Assembly: GCA_005893265.1 (NCBI GenBank)
Contig: VBOX01000083.1
Span: 1 to 59,098 of the forward strand
Direction: 5' to 3'
Length of the DNA: 59,098 nucleotides
Origin: Candidatus Eiseniibacteriota bacterium
GTDB taxonomy: Bacteria; Eisenbacteria; RBG-16-71-46; SZUA-252
Shown: positions 47,221-58,057 of the stretch, piece by piece
Layout: each line of letters starts with the position of its first letter
Position numbering within the stretch: the first letter of the stretch is position 1
The notes under the pieces: generated by a model
The model's database searches: none
Seen by the model: the letters and a program-made list of their open reading frames with translations, nothing else
Told to the model about the DNA's origin: nothing
Program-made: the position numbers and the translations under genes

Positions 47221-48080
47221 GCCGCCGCCCCGCGTTGAGCCAACCACCGGCGGCCGAGGTAGTCGCGGACCGCGTCCTCCCAGCGAGGCAACGACTCGCC
47301 GGTCAGTGCCTGGTAGCGCTTGCCGGAAAGCACCGAGTTCTTCGGTCGCGGCGCAGGGCGCGTGAAGCGGTCCGAGGTGGTTTCCCGCACCTGAAGCGGC
47401 GAGCCCAGGTCACGAGCGATCTCGACCGCTAATCCGTACCAGGTGGTCTCTCCGGAGTTCGTCACGTGCACCGTACCCGTCGTGCCGAGCCTCAGCAGCT
47501 TCTCGATCCCGCGCGCCAGATCGCGGGCGTACGTGGGCGATCCACGCTGATCCGTCACCACCTCCGGGGTATCCCCCCGTTTCAGCTTTTCCGCGATCGC
47601 GTCCACGAAGTTTGCCCCTCCCTCGCCGAACACCCAGGACGTGCGAACCGTGAGGCTTTTCCCGGCCACCTCGCGCGCGATTTCCTCCCCCGCGAGCTTG
47701 CTCCTGCCGTAGGCGTTGATCGGCTGGGGCGGATCATCCTCGAGGTACGGACCCTCCTTCGTCCCGTCGAAGACGTAATCCGTGCTGAGATAGACCAGGG
47801 TCGCGCCGCGCTCCCGGGCGAGCGACGCGACGTGGCTCGTGCCGTCCCGGTTCGTGGCCATCGCGAGATCGAACTCGGTTTCGCAGCGGTCCACCGCCGT
47901 CATCGCCGCCGCATGGACCACCGCGTCGAACTCGATCCCCTTGGCCGCCGCGAGGACGCGGTCCTTGTCGCGCACGTCGACTTCGTCGCGGCCCCAGAGG
48001 TAGAGGGTGTTCCCCGACGCGAGCCACTCGCGGATCGCCCGGCCCAAAATGCCTTCAGCGCCAGTGACGAGGATGCGCAT
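47217..48080 (-). CDS. rfbD: dTDP-4-dehydrorhamnose reductase
   Basis: ORF 47217..48557 trimmed to MRILVTGAEGILGRAI (287 aa). STDYVFDG, YGRSKLAGE, and QRGSPTYARDLA. Confidence 0.9.
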   Translation of the reverse strand: MRILVTGAEGILGRAIREWLASGNTLYLWGRDEVDVRDKDRVLAAAKGIEFDAVVHAAAMTAVDRCETEFDLAMATNRDGTSHVASLARERGATLVYLSTDYVFDGTKEGPYLEDDPPQPINAYGRSKLAGEEIAREVAGKSLTVRTSWVFGEGGANFVDAIAEKLKRGDTPEVVTDQRGSPTYARDLARGIEKLLRLGTTGTVHVTNSGETTWYGLAVEIARDLGSPLQVRETTSDRFTRPAPRPKNSVLSGKRYQALTGESLPRWEDAVRDYLGRRWLAQRGAAA

Positions 48081-48088
48081 GAGCGCCT

Positions 48089-49149
48089 CTACAACACGTC
48101 CACCAGGCTGGAGTCGCCGACCATGAACCGATACGCGGTCGGCTTGAGCTGCGATCGCTGGATCCGCACTTCTTTGCCGATCAGGGACGCCTCGATCCGC
48201 ACCGGGATATCCTGGATCACACACCGCTCGAGGACGATCGAGTGCTCGATCTCGCTGTTTCGGATCGTCACCTCGTCGTAGATGGAGGTGAACGGGCCGA
48301 TGTAGGAGTTCTTGATAACGCAGCGCTCGCCGACAATGAGCGGGCCGCGGAGGATTGAATTCTCGATCGTGGTGCCCGCGCCGACGATGACCTCCCCCTC
48401 GGTGCGGGTCGTGCCGTCCAACGTTCCGCGCAGGAGCCGCTTCGCCCGGGAGAGGACCATCCGGTTCGCTTCGAGCATATCCTCGAGCTTCCCCGTATCC
48501 TTCCACCACCCCGAGATGATGTGGCAGTTGACGTTCTTGTCGTGGTCGATCAGCCACTGGATCGCGTCGGTGATCTCGAGCTCGTTCCGGAACGAGGGTT
48601 TGATCTTGTTGACGGCCTCGAAGATGTTCGAGTCGAACATGTAGACGCCGACGAGTGCCAGGTCCGACTTCGGCTCCTTCGGCTTTTCCGTCAGCCGCTT
48701 CACGCGGCTGCCGTCCAGCTCCGCGACGCCGAAGTCCTGAGGATTGGGCACGTGCGCGAGCAGGATCTGGCTGTTCGGCCGGTCGCGCTCGAACTCTCGG
48801 ACGAGCGGCGTGATCCCGTCGAGAATGAGATTGTCGCCCAGGTACATGACGAAGGAATCGTCCCGCATGAAGTCGCGAGACACCTTGACCGCGTGGGCCA
48901 GGCCGAGGGGCGCTTCCTGGCGGATGTAGGTGGTCTTGATCCCCAGGGCCGAGCCGTCTCCGAGCGCCGCGCGGATCTCCGGCTCGGTGTCGCCGACTAC
49001 GATACCCACGTCCGTGATCCCCGCGTCGCGGATCGCCTCCACCCCGTAAAAAAGGATCGGCTTGTTGCCGACGGGGATGAGCTGCTTCGCCCCGGTGTGT
49101 GTGATCGGCCGTAGCCGGGTCCCCTTGCCGCCGCTCAGGATCAGCGCCT

Positions 49150-49153
<4 letters not shown>
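48089..49153 (-). CDS. glucose-1-phosphate thymidylyltransferase-type sugar nucleotidyltransferase (long form with C-terminal hexapeptide-repeat domain)
   Basis: 354 aa. [34 protein letters not shown], with a left-handed beta-helix C-terminus. ATGA overlap with the alaS stop. Confidence 0.85.
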
Positions 49154-51834
<2,681 letters not shown>

Positions 51835-51845
51835 CAGGCTTCCCT

Positions 51846-52349
51846 TTATATGTCCTCTCCCAGGAGGTCCCGGATCGTGTCCCAGCCGAATCCTCGCCGG
51901 GCAAGCGCCTGTTGCATGCGGCGCCGATACAACCCCGACGCGAGCCGGGCGTAACGGCGTTTAAGCTGCTCCACGCCGGCCGCGGCGCGACCGGCCTCGC
52001 TCGCGAGCGAGCGGCCCGAAAGATCGGGGTCCTCCTCGAGCAGCGCATCCATTTCCCGGATCAGCGTGTCCGCGACACCCCGCCGCTTGAGCTTCAACTC
52101 GAGGAGCCGTTTTCCCTGCGGGGCCTTGAAGAGCTCCGTTCGCAAAAAAGACCGCACGAACGCGCGGTCGTCCAGAAGCGAGACGCGGCGGAGTCGCTCG
52201 AGAGCGCGCTCCACCGCATCCGAATGATACCCGCGCTCGCGGAGGCGGTCTTCGACCTCCTGCACGGTGCGGGGCCCGCGGGCCAGAATCCTTAGAGCAG
52301 CCTCCTTCGCGGCCTCCTCGGAACCCGCCCGCTCGGGGCTCAGTGCCAT
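51846..52349 (-). CDS. recX: recombination regulator RecX
   Basis: Trimmed to MALSPERAG..., an ATG just after the recA stop. Repeated three-helix RecX pattern (ALRILARGPRTVQEVEDRLRERG...LDDRAF). Confidence 0.85.
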   Translation of the reverse strand: MALSPERAGSEEAAKEAALRILARGPRTVQEVEDRLRERGYHSDAVERALERLRRVSLLDDRAFVRSFLRTELFKAPQGKRLLELKLKRRGVADTLIREMDALLEEDPDLSGRSLASEAGRAAAGVEQLKRRYARLASGLYRRRMQQALARRGFGWDTIRDLLGEDI

Positions 52350-52353
52350 GGGT

Positions 52354-53442
52354 CTAGATGCGGACCCGGCGCTCTCCCTTGCCATCCGCTGCCGCCGCCA
52401 CCTCCGCCGGTGCCGCCACGGCGCGCGTGAGCCCCAACGCCTCGCGGAGCTTCAGCTCCAGCTCGGCCACGGCGTCGGCGTGCTCCTTGAGCCAGAGCCG
52501 CGCGTTCTCGCGCCCCTGTCCGATACGCTCTTCGCCGAGGGAGAACCACGTGCCGCTCTTCTGCACGAGGTTTCGCTCGATCGCGAGATCCAGGAGCTCT
52601 CCTTCACGGGAGATTCCCTCATTGTAGAGGATGTCGAACTCCGCTTCCTTGAAAGGCGCGGCGACCTTGTTTTTCACGACCTTCACCTTGACGTGACTGC
52701 CGATCACGCTGTCCCCGTCCTTGATCGCGCCGATTCGCCGGATATCCATGCGCACCGACGCGTAGAACTTGAGCGCGCGCCCGCCGGTCGTCGTCTCCGG
52801 GTTTCCGAACATCACGCCGATCTGCATGCGGATCTGGTTGATGAAGATGACGGTCGTCCTCGATTTGGAGATCGTGCCGGTGAGCTTGCGCAGGGCCTGC
52901 GACATGAGGCGCGCCTGGAGGCCCATGTGCGAGTCCCCCATCTCCCCTTCGATTTCGGCCTTCGGCACGAGCGCGGCCACGGAGTCGATCACGATCACGT
53001 CGATGGCGCCGCTGCGCACCAGATGCTCCGCGATCTCGAGCGCTTCCTCCCCGGTGTCGGGCTGTGCCACGTGCAAGTTCTCGATGTCGACCCCGAGCTT
53101 CTTCGCGTACGCGGCGTCCAGGGCGTGCTCCGCGTCGATGAAGACCGCGTTACCGCCCGCCTTTTGTGCGTGCGCGATGATGCTCAGCGTGAGCGTCGTC
53201 TTCCCCGAAGATTCCGGACCGTAGATCTCGATCACGCGACCGCGCGGCACGCCACCGATCCCGAGCGCGGCATCCAGCGCGATCGAGCCGGTGGCAATGG
53301 AATCCACTTGGACCCGGGCCGATTCCTCCCCCAGCTTCATGATCGCGCCTTTTCCGAACTGACGCTCGATCTGCTGCACGGCGAGGTCGAGCGCTTTGGC
53401 GCGTTCCTTGGACATCTCCCTCACTCCCGGATTCATGACCAT
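52354..53442 (-). CDS. recA: recombinase RecA
   Basis: [24 protein letters not shown], Walker [11 protein letters not shown], and IFINQIR. GGAG lies 8 nt before the first ATG; alternative ATGs are at 53436 and 53415. Confidence 0.97.
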   Translation of the reverse strand: MVMNPGVREMSKERAKALDLAVQQIERQFGKGAIMKLGEESARVQVDSIATGSIALDAALGIGGVPRGRVIEIYGPESSGKTTLTLSIIAHAQKAGGNAVFIDAEHALDAAYAKKLGVDIENLHVAQPDTGEEALEIAEHLVRSGAIDVIVIDSVAALVPKAEIEGEMGDSHMGLQARLMSQALRKLTGTISKSRTTVIFINQIRMQIGVMFGNPETTTGGRALKFYASVRMDIRRIGAIKDGDSVIGSHVKVKVVKNKVAAPFKEAEFDILYNEGISREGELLDLAIERNLVQKSGTWFSLGEERIGQGRENARLWLKEHADAVAELELKLREALGLTRAVAAPAEVAAAADGKGERRVRI

Positions 53443-53560
53443 CTCCGATTCTCCCCCTGCGATTTGTAGGCGTCGTTCCGGGACGCCGGTACGGGTCGGG
53501 GCGAAAATTTGGGTTCGATTCTGCGCTCGGGTGGGCGCCGAGACGGGAGCTTAGGAGTAT

Positions 53561-54127
53561 CTAAGATCCCGGTTTCCGAAGACGAATCTCCACGAGCGGA
53601 GTATACCGGGCTCCGGTCGGATGTAGGTCACTTTTCATCACCACGATATGGTCGAGAAACGCCGCCTCCGGGACAGGGGCCGGCGCGTAATCGCGGAAGG
53701 CCTCGACACCCTGGGCGCGCTCGCGAACTCGTGCCAGGGTGACGTGGGGGCGAAACGGCTTGTCGGGTGGGCCGAACCCGTCGCGCTGAAGGCTCTGGTT
53801 CACCGAGCGCGCGAGCGCAATCGCCTCGGGAGCCCCCTCCCCGAAGCCGGCCCAAAGGACCCGCGGGCGATTCGGCGAGGGAAACGCGCCCAATGCGCCG
53901 AGCTTCGCCGCGAAGGCCGCATGCGGTTCGGCCCCCCGCCGGACGGAATCGCCGGCTCGGCGAACGCCCGAGTCCCCCAGGTCGCCCAGGAACCGGATCG
54001 TCAGGTGCACGTTCTCCGGCTTCACCCACGAAAGTCCCGACATGCGCCCCGCGAGATCGCGCTCGACTTGGGCCAGGTAATCCGCCCACGGTCGCGGGAT
54101 CATGAGCGCGACGAAGGTTCGGACCAT
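53561..54127 (-). CDS. thpR: RNA 2',3'-cyclic phosphodiesterase (2H family, LigT/ThpR)
   Basis: ORF 53561..54934 trimmed to MVRTFVALMIP (188 aa). Two HxTx motifs, HLTIRF and HVTLAR. Confidence 0.85.
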   Translation of the reverse strand: MVRTFVALMIPRPWADYLAQVERDLAGRMSGLSWVKPENVHLTIRFLGDLGDSGVRRAGDSVRRGAEPHAAFAAKLGALGAFPSPNRPRVLWAGFGEGAPEAIALARSVNQSLQRDGFGPPDKPFRPHVTLARVRERAQGVEAFRDYAPAPVPEAAFLDHIVVMKSDLHPTGARYTPLVEIRLRKPGS

Positions 54128-55368
54128 GGGACCCCCGCCTTGAGGCTCCTCCTGACGAGATCCAGCGCGTAGAACGAGGCCCGCGCGATGATGTCCGCGC
54201 GTGATCCTCCGAACAAGTAGCGCTCGCTCACGTCGCCGTCCTGCGCGGAGTATCCGATGTGGGCAAGCCCGACCGGCTTCTCCGCGGTGCCCCCTTCCGG
54301 CCCCGCGACCCCGGTCGTGGACACGGCGCACGAGGCACCCAGGCGCTCCCGGGCGCCTCGCGCCATTTCCTTGGCCACTTCGGCACTCACCGAGCCGACG
54401 CGCCGCAGCGTCTCCGAGGAAACGCCGAGGAGCGTCTCCTTGGATTCGTTCGAGTACGCGACCACGCCTCCCAGATAATAGCGGGAGCTGCCGGAGGTCG
54501 AGACCACGGCCGCCCCGACACTCCCTCCCGTGAAGGACTCGGCGGTTGCGATCGTGAGACCATGCGTGAGAAGCGCTTCGCCGACCACATCGGAAAGGGT
54601 CCGGCTCCCGAGCGCGTACGCAACGGTGCCCGCGCGCTCGACGAGCTTCCGCTCCCCGCGGTCCAGGACCCCCTGAAGCCACATCGCGTCCGCCGAAGAC
54701 GCGCTCAGATGAATATCCACGCCGGAGGCCCGAGCGATGGTGCCCAGCTTGAGCTCCGGTTCTTCCCGCTCGAATCCCTGGAGCCTCTCGGCCAGGACCG
54801 ATTCCGAGAGCCCGATCGTGCGGACAACTCGGATCATGGAGGCGAGCCCTGGATTTCTCTGCTTCAAGAAGGGGATCACGTAGTCGCGGAGCATGTCCTG
54901 CGCCTCGGACGGGACGCCAGGGAGCGCGAAGCACTCGGTTTTCAGATGGGTGAAGTGGAGACCGGGGGCCGTGCCACGGGCGTTGGGGATCACGATCGCC
55001 CCGCGGGGGATCAGCGCCTGTACCTCGTTGATCGGAGGCATATCGAGGCCGCGTTCCTTGAAGCGCGCGCGGATCTCGTCCAGGACGGCCCGGTCCAGGA
55101 TCAGCCGCCTGCGGAAGACGGTCGCGATCACCTTGCGCGTGATGTCGTCCGAGGTCGGACCGAGGCCGCCGGTCGTGATCACCACTTCGGCGCGGTGGAC
55201 CGCGGTTCGGAATGCCTCGGCGATGAACTCGGCTTCGTCGCCCACCGTCGTGTGGTAGGAGGGCCTTAAGCCCGCCTCCGCGAGCATTCCTGAGATCAGG
55301 TCGATGTTTGTGTTCCGGACCAGACCGTGGAGGAGCTCGCTTCCGATCGTGATGATCTCGGTGGTCAT
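54100..55368 (-). CDS. cinA: competence/damage-inducible protein CinA (MoCF-like domain + nicotinamide-nucleotide amidohydrolase PncC domain)
   Basis: Trimmed to MTTEIITIGSELLHGLVRNTN. VITTGGLGPTSDDITR, and C-terminal ATAESFTGG...STTGVAGP. Confidence 0.9.
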   Translation of the reverse strand: MTTEIITIGSELLHGLVRNTNIDLISGMLAEAGLRPSYHTTVGDEAEFIAEAFRTAVHRAEVVITTGGLGPTSDDITRKVIATVFRRRLILDRAVLDEIRARFKERGLDMPPINEVQALIPRGAIVIPNARGTAPGLHFTHLKTECFALPGVPSEAQDMLRDYVIPFLKQRNPGLASMIRVVRTIGLSESVLAERLQGFEREEPELKLGTIARASGVDIHLSASSADAMWLQGVLDRGERKLVERAGTVAYALGSRTLSDVVGEALLTHGLTIATAESFTGGSVGAAVVSTSGSSRYYLGGVVAYSNESKETLLGVSSETLRRVGSVSAEVAKEMARGARERLGASCAVSTTGVAGPEGGTAEKPVGLAHIGYSAQDGDVSERYLFGGSRADIIARASFYALDLVRRSLKAGVPWSEPSSRS

Positions 55369-55393
55369 CCTGGTTCTCCGAAGCGATGCCCGG

Positions 55394-55870
55394 CTAGGTC
55401 GCCGGCCAAGCCCGCGCGAGGATCTGGAGCGCGAGGTTGGCGTAGACTCCCGCCAAGACATCGTCGATCACGACGCCGAATGTGCCCGGAAGCCGCTGCG
55501 CCTGCCCCACCGGGAAGGGCTTCCAGATATCGAAGACGCGGAAAAGCGTGAACGCCAGCCCGAGCGTGATCGCGTGCGAAGGATGCGCGTGGCCGATCGC
55601 CGGCACGCCGCAGACCGCGACGAACATCCCCGCGACTTCGTCCATCACGATCGGATGGGCGTCGTGGCCGAGGGATTTTTCCGCGGGACCGCACACGAGC
55701 AGCGCCAGGCCGATGGCGCCCAGGGTGAGCGCGACGAACGCTGGGAAGGCGAGCCGGGGCAAAATCGCCAGAAGGAGAACCGTCGTGGCCCCCGATGCCC
55801 ACGTGGCGGGGGCGATTGGGAGGTAGCCCAGCCCGAGCCCAGTCGCCAGAAGGACGGCGAGGCCCCGCAC
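55394..55870 (-). CDS. pgpA: phosphatidylglycerophosphatase A
   Basis: 158 aa. LATGLGLGYLPIAPATWAS, IVMDEVAGM, FRVFDIWKP, and GVVIDDVLAGVYA. Confidence 0.9.
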   Translation of the reverse strand: MRGLAVLLATGLGLGYLPIAPATWASGATTVLLLAILPRLAFPAFVALTLGAIGLALLVCGPAEKSLGHDAHPIVMDEVAGMFVAVCGVPAIGHAHPSHAITLGLAFTLFRVFDIWKPFPVGQAQRLPGTFGVVIDDVLAGVYANLALQILARAWPAT

Positions 55871-55878
55871 GATCGCGC

Positions 55879-56457
55879 CTACCCGAGCGTCTTCAGGACG
55901 AGCTTGCAGGCCACCTTGAGCGTGTCGAAGACCCCGGTTCCCCTCAGCGCGACCGCTTCGAAGTAGGGTGCTTTCCTGGGGTTCAGCTCGCGCTCCAAAT
56001 CGTCCACGGGGACCACACGAGGCAGGTCCCGCTTGTTGTACTGCATGACGAACGGAATCCTCTCGAGGTTCAAGTCGTGCTCCGTCAGGTTGTCGAGCAT
56101 ATTCATGTAGCTCTCGACATTCGCTTCGAATCGGTCGATCTGCGAGTCGGCCACGAACACAATCCCGTCCACGCCTTTCAGGATCAGTTTGCGGCTCGCG
56201 TTGTAGTAGACCTGGCCAGGAACCGTGTAAAGATGGAACCGGGTCCTGAAACCGCGGATCTGGCCCAGCTCGAGCGGAAGGAAATCGAAGAAGAGCGTGC
56301 GATCCATCTCGGTCGCGAGCGAAATCATCTTGCCTCGCGTCTCCTGAGGAACGCGGGAGTAGATGTGTTGAAGATTGGTGGTCTTGCCGCAGAGGCCTGG
56401 GCCGTAATAAACGATCTTGCAGTTGATTTCGCGAGACGAGTAGTTGATCAGCGACAC
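55879..56457 (-). CDS. mglA: Ras-like small GTPase MglA (polarity/motility regulator)
   Basis: 192 aa, nearly colinear with M. xanthus MglA as I remember it. [52 protein letters not shown], and YNKRDL. Confidence 0.9.
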   Translation of the reverse strand: MSLINYSSREINCKIVYYGPGLCGKTTNLQHIYSRVPQETRGKMISLATEMDRTLFFDFLPLELGQIRGFRTRFHLYTVPGQVYYNASRKLILKGVDGIVFVADSQIDRFEANVESYMNMLDNLTEHDLNLERIPFVMQYNKRDLPRVVPVDDLERELNPRKAPYFEAVALRGTGVFDTLKVACKLVLKTLG

Positions 56458-56472
56458 GTAGCTTGGGCTCTC

Positions 56473-56886
56473 CTATTCTTTGAATAGGCTGTCGATCTCG
56501 CTCTCCGCCTCGGCCGTGAACTCGGCTCCCAGCGTCGCCGCGCTGATCTCTTCGTTCTTGTATTGAAGCTTGTCGAAAAGCTTGTTCAGAACGGAAAGGA
56601 GCTCCTCCCCTCCGCGACGCGCCTTGAGACGAACAAGGCCGAGCGAGGTCTTGCGATCGAAAAGGACAACCAGGATGACGCGGTTTGCGATGAGGGAGAG
56701 GTACATGCTCTCATTCGTGCCCTGGGTGACGTCGAATCCGGGGGGCTCCCCGATCGAGCTGATCAGCTGACCGGTCTTGTCGATCAGCATCACGCTTTTC
56801 GAGCTGGATGTCTGAATCAGACTCTGGAGGATCGTATTGATCGCCCAGAAGTCCTCCTCGAAGAGCGCCCAATTCCCCTTGACCAT
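56473..56886 (-). CDS. mglB: Roadblock/LC7-family MglB (MglA GTPase-activating protein), apparently shortened
   Basis: 137 aa. LIDKTGQLISS, VILVVLFDRKTSLGLVRLKARR, and C-terminal acidic EIDSLFKE, as in MglB. Strong SD (AAGGAG) 8 nt upstream. Sits directly upstream of mglA. Confidence 0.8.
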   Translation of the reverse strand: MVKGNWALFEEDFWAINTILQSLIQTSSSKSVMLIDKTGQLISSIGEPPGFDVTQGTNESMYLSLIANRVILVVLFDRKTSLGLVRLKARRGGEELLSVLNKLFDKLQYKNEEISAATLGAEFTAEAESEIDSLFKE

Positions 56887-57038
56887 GGTCCCTTACTCCT
56901 TAGGACACATCTGGGCCTTGCGGCATGGTGACGCCGACCTTCTGCCCGCAGAAGGAGGGGTGTCCTGCCCTGGCCTCTCCGCTTTGGCCGGCGCCGAGAC
57001 CGATCCCCGCCACCCCACACCCCGTCATGCAACGCAAA

Positions 57039-57066
57039 TTAGGACGCTCTACTTAGGATGCTCTAC
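57039..57066. repeat. 2 x 14-bp tandem direct repeat TTAGGACGCTCTAC / TTAGGATGCTCTAC
   Basis: Read directly, one mismatch. It lies in the locally AT-richer 248-nt recR-mglB intergenic gap, about 150 nt upstream of the mglB ATG. A third TTAGGA occurs at 56900-56905. Confidence 0.8.
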
Positions 57067-57134
57067 CAGGAATTGGGCGGAACGCTAACACTTCTCTTTG
57101 GGGGGTCAAGCAGAAAGTGTTCGAAATGACGGGG

Positions 57135-57737
57135 TTATATCTCCTTCCGCCCGCTCAGTGCGCGGGCGAGGGTCACCTGATCGGAGAACTCGAGATCGGA
57201 GCCCATAGGCACGCCCCGGGCGATCCGCGTCACGCGCAGGCCGGGCACGTTCTGGAGAAGGCGCGCGATATAGAGCGCGGTGGCCTCTCCCTGGGCGGTC
57301 GGATTGGTCGCGACGATCACCTCGACGACGCCCCCCGGCTTCACCCGATCGATCAGCTCGCTCAGCTTGAGCTGCTCGGGGCCGATCCCGTCGATGGGGG
57401 AAAGAGCCCCCTTGAGCACATGGTAGGAGCCGCGAAACTCGCCCGTCCGTTCGATCGCGAGCACGTCCATCGGCTGCTCGACGACGCAAATGACCGAGTT
57501 ATCGCGGCGAGAATCCGCGCAGATGGCGCACGGCTGGGTCTCGGTGACGTTCCCGCAGATGCGGCAGTCCTCAACCTTCGCCTTCAGGTCGACGATCGAC
57601 TGGGCGAGACGCTTGGCGTCCCCCTCCGGTGAACGGAGCAGATGGAAGGCAATTCGCTGGGCGGATTTACGACCCAGGCCCGGCAGGCGGGTCAGCTCCG
57701 TGATCACCGTCTCCAGCAACGCGCTCGAATACTGCAT
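57135..57737 (-). CDS. recR: recombination protein RecR
   Basis: 200 aa. LTRLPGLGRKSAQRIAFHLL, zinc finger CRICGNVTETQPCAIC, and a Toprim domain. Confidence 0.95.
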   Translation of the reverse strand: MQYSSALLETVITELTRLPGLGRKSAQRIAFHLLRSPEGDAKRLAQSIVDLKAKVEDCRICGNVTETQPCAICADSRRDNSVICVVEQPMDVLAIERTGEFRGSYHVLKGALSPIDGIGPEQLKLSELIDRVKPGGVVEVIVATNPTAQGEATALYIARLLQNVPGLRVTRIARGVPMGSDLEFSDQVTLARALSGRKEI

Positions 57738-57742
57738 CGGGC

Positions 57743-58057
57743 CTAGAATAGCCCCGGCGGAAGTCCAAGCCCACCGCTGACCTTTTTCATTTCCTCTTCG
57801 ACCATCCGCGTGATCTTGGAGCGGGCGTCGTTGAATGCGGCAAGGACCAGGTCCTCGAGGAGGTCCGCCTCCTCCGGGTTGACGACCTCAGGATCGATCG
57901 AGATCGCGATCACGTCCTGCGCGCCGTTCATGGTGACCTTCACCTTGCCCTGCCCGGAAGACCCGATCATCTCGCGCGTCTTGAGCTCGGCTTGAAGCTC
58001 CGTCATCTTGGTTTGAAGGGCTTGCGCCTTCTGCATCATGGCCTGGATGTTCTTCAT
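57743..58057 (-). CDS. ybaB: nucleoid-associated protein YbaB/EbfC
   Basis: ORF 57743..58432 trimmed to MKNIQAMMQKAQALQTKMTELQAEL (104 aa). GKVKVTMNG. ATGA overlap with the dnaX stop. Confidence 0.9.
   Translation of the reverse strand: MKNIQAMMQKAQALQTKMTELQAELKTREMIGSSGQGKVKVTMNGAQDVIAISIDPEVVNPEEADLLEDLVLAAFNDARSKITRMVEEEMKKVSGGLGLPPGLF

Noticed and set aside
53502-53517. Candidate SOS/LexA box upstream of recA: CGAAAATTTGGGTTCG (CGAA-N8-TTCG).
   Set aside because: The spacing and flanks do not match the Cheo box (CGAAC-N4-GTTCG), the E. coli CTGT-N8-ACAG, or the GTTC-N7-GTTC type. It is an imperfect palindrome with a single occurrence, and no lexA is in the window to support it.
56900-57028. 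42-codon minus-strand ORF (MTGCGVAGIGLGAGQSGEARAGHPSFCGQKVGVTMPQGPDVS) ending on the mglB Shine-Dalgarno.
   Set aside because: It has no Shine-Dalgarno, Gly-rich low complexity and no recognisable family. Its GC3 (about 78 percent) is not discriminating in this genome. It is kept only as a note inside the intergenic-gap finding.
57039-57066. CRISPR array or other multi-copy repeat array, anywhere in the window.
   Set aside because: The only tandem repeats found have two copies (14 bp here, 10 bp at 5787-5806) with no spacers. No cas genes are present, and I saw no repeat-spacer periodicity in any intergenic region.
56887-57134. Possible SRP (4.5S) RNA, 6S RNA or c-di-GMP riboswitch in the recR-mglB gap. 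SRP RNA often neighbours dnaX-ybaB-recR.
   Set aside because: I looked on both strands. For SRP domain IV I searched for GGUCC-GGAA-GGAAGCAGCC; for GEMM-I I searched for GGCAAACC and ACGCAAAGCC. Neither is present. In the known synteny ffs lies upstream of dnaX, which is outside this window.
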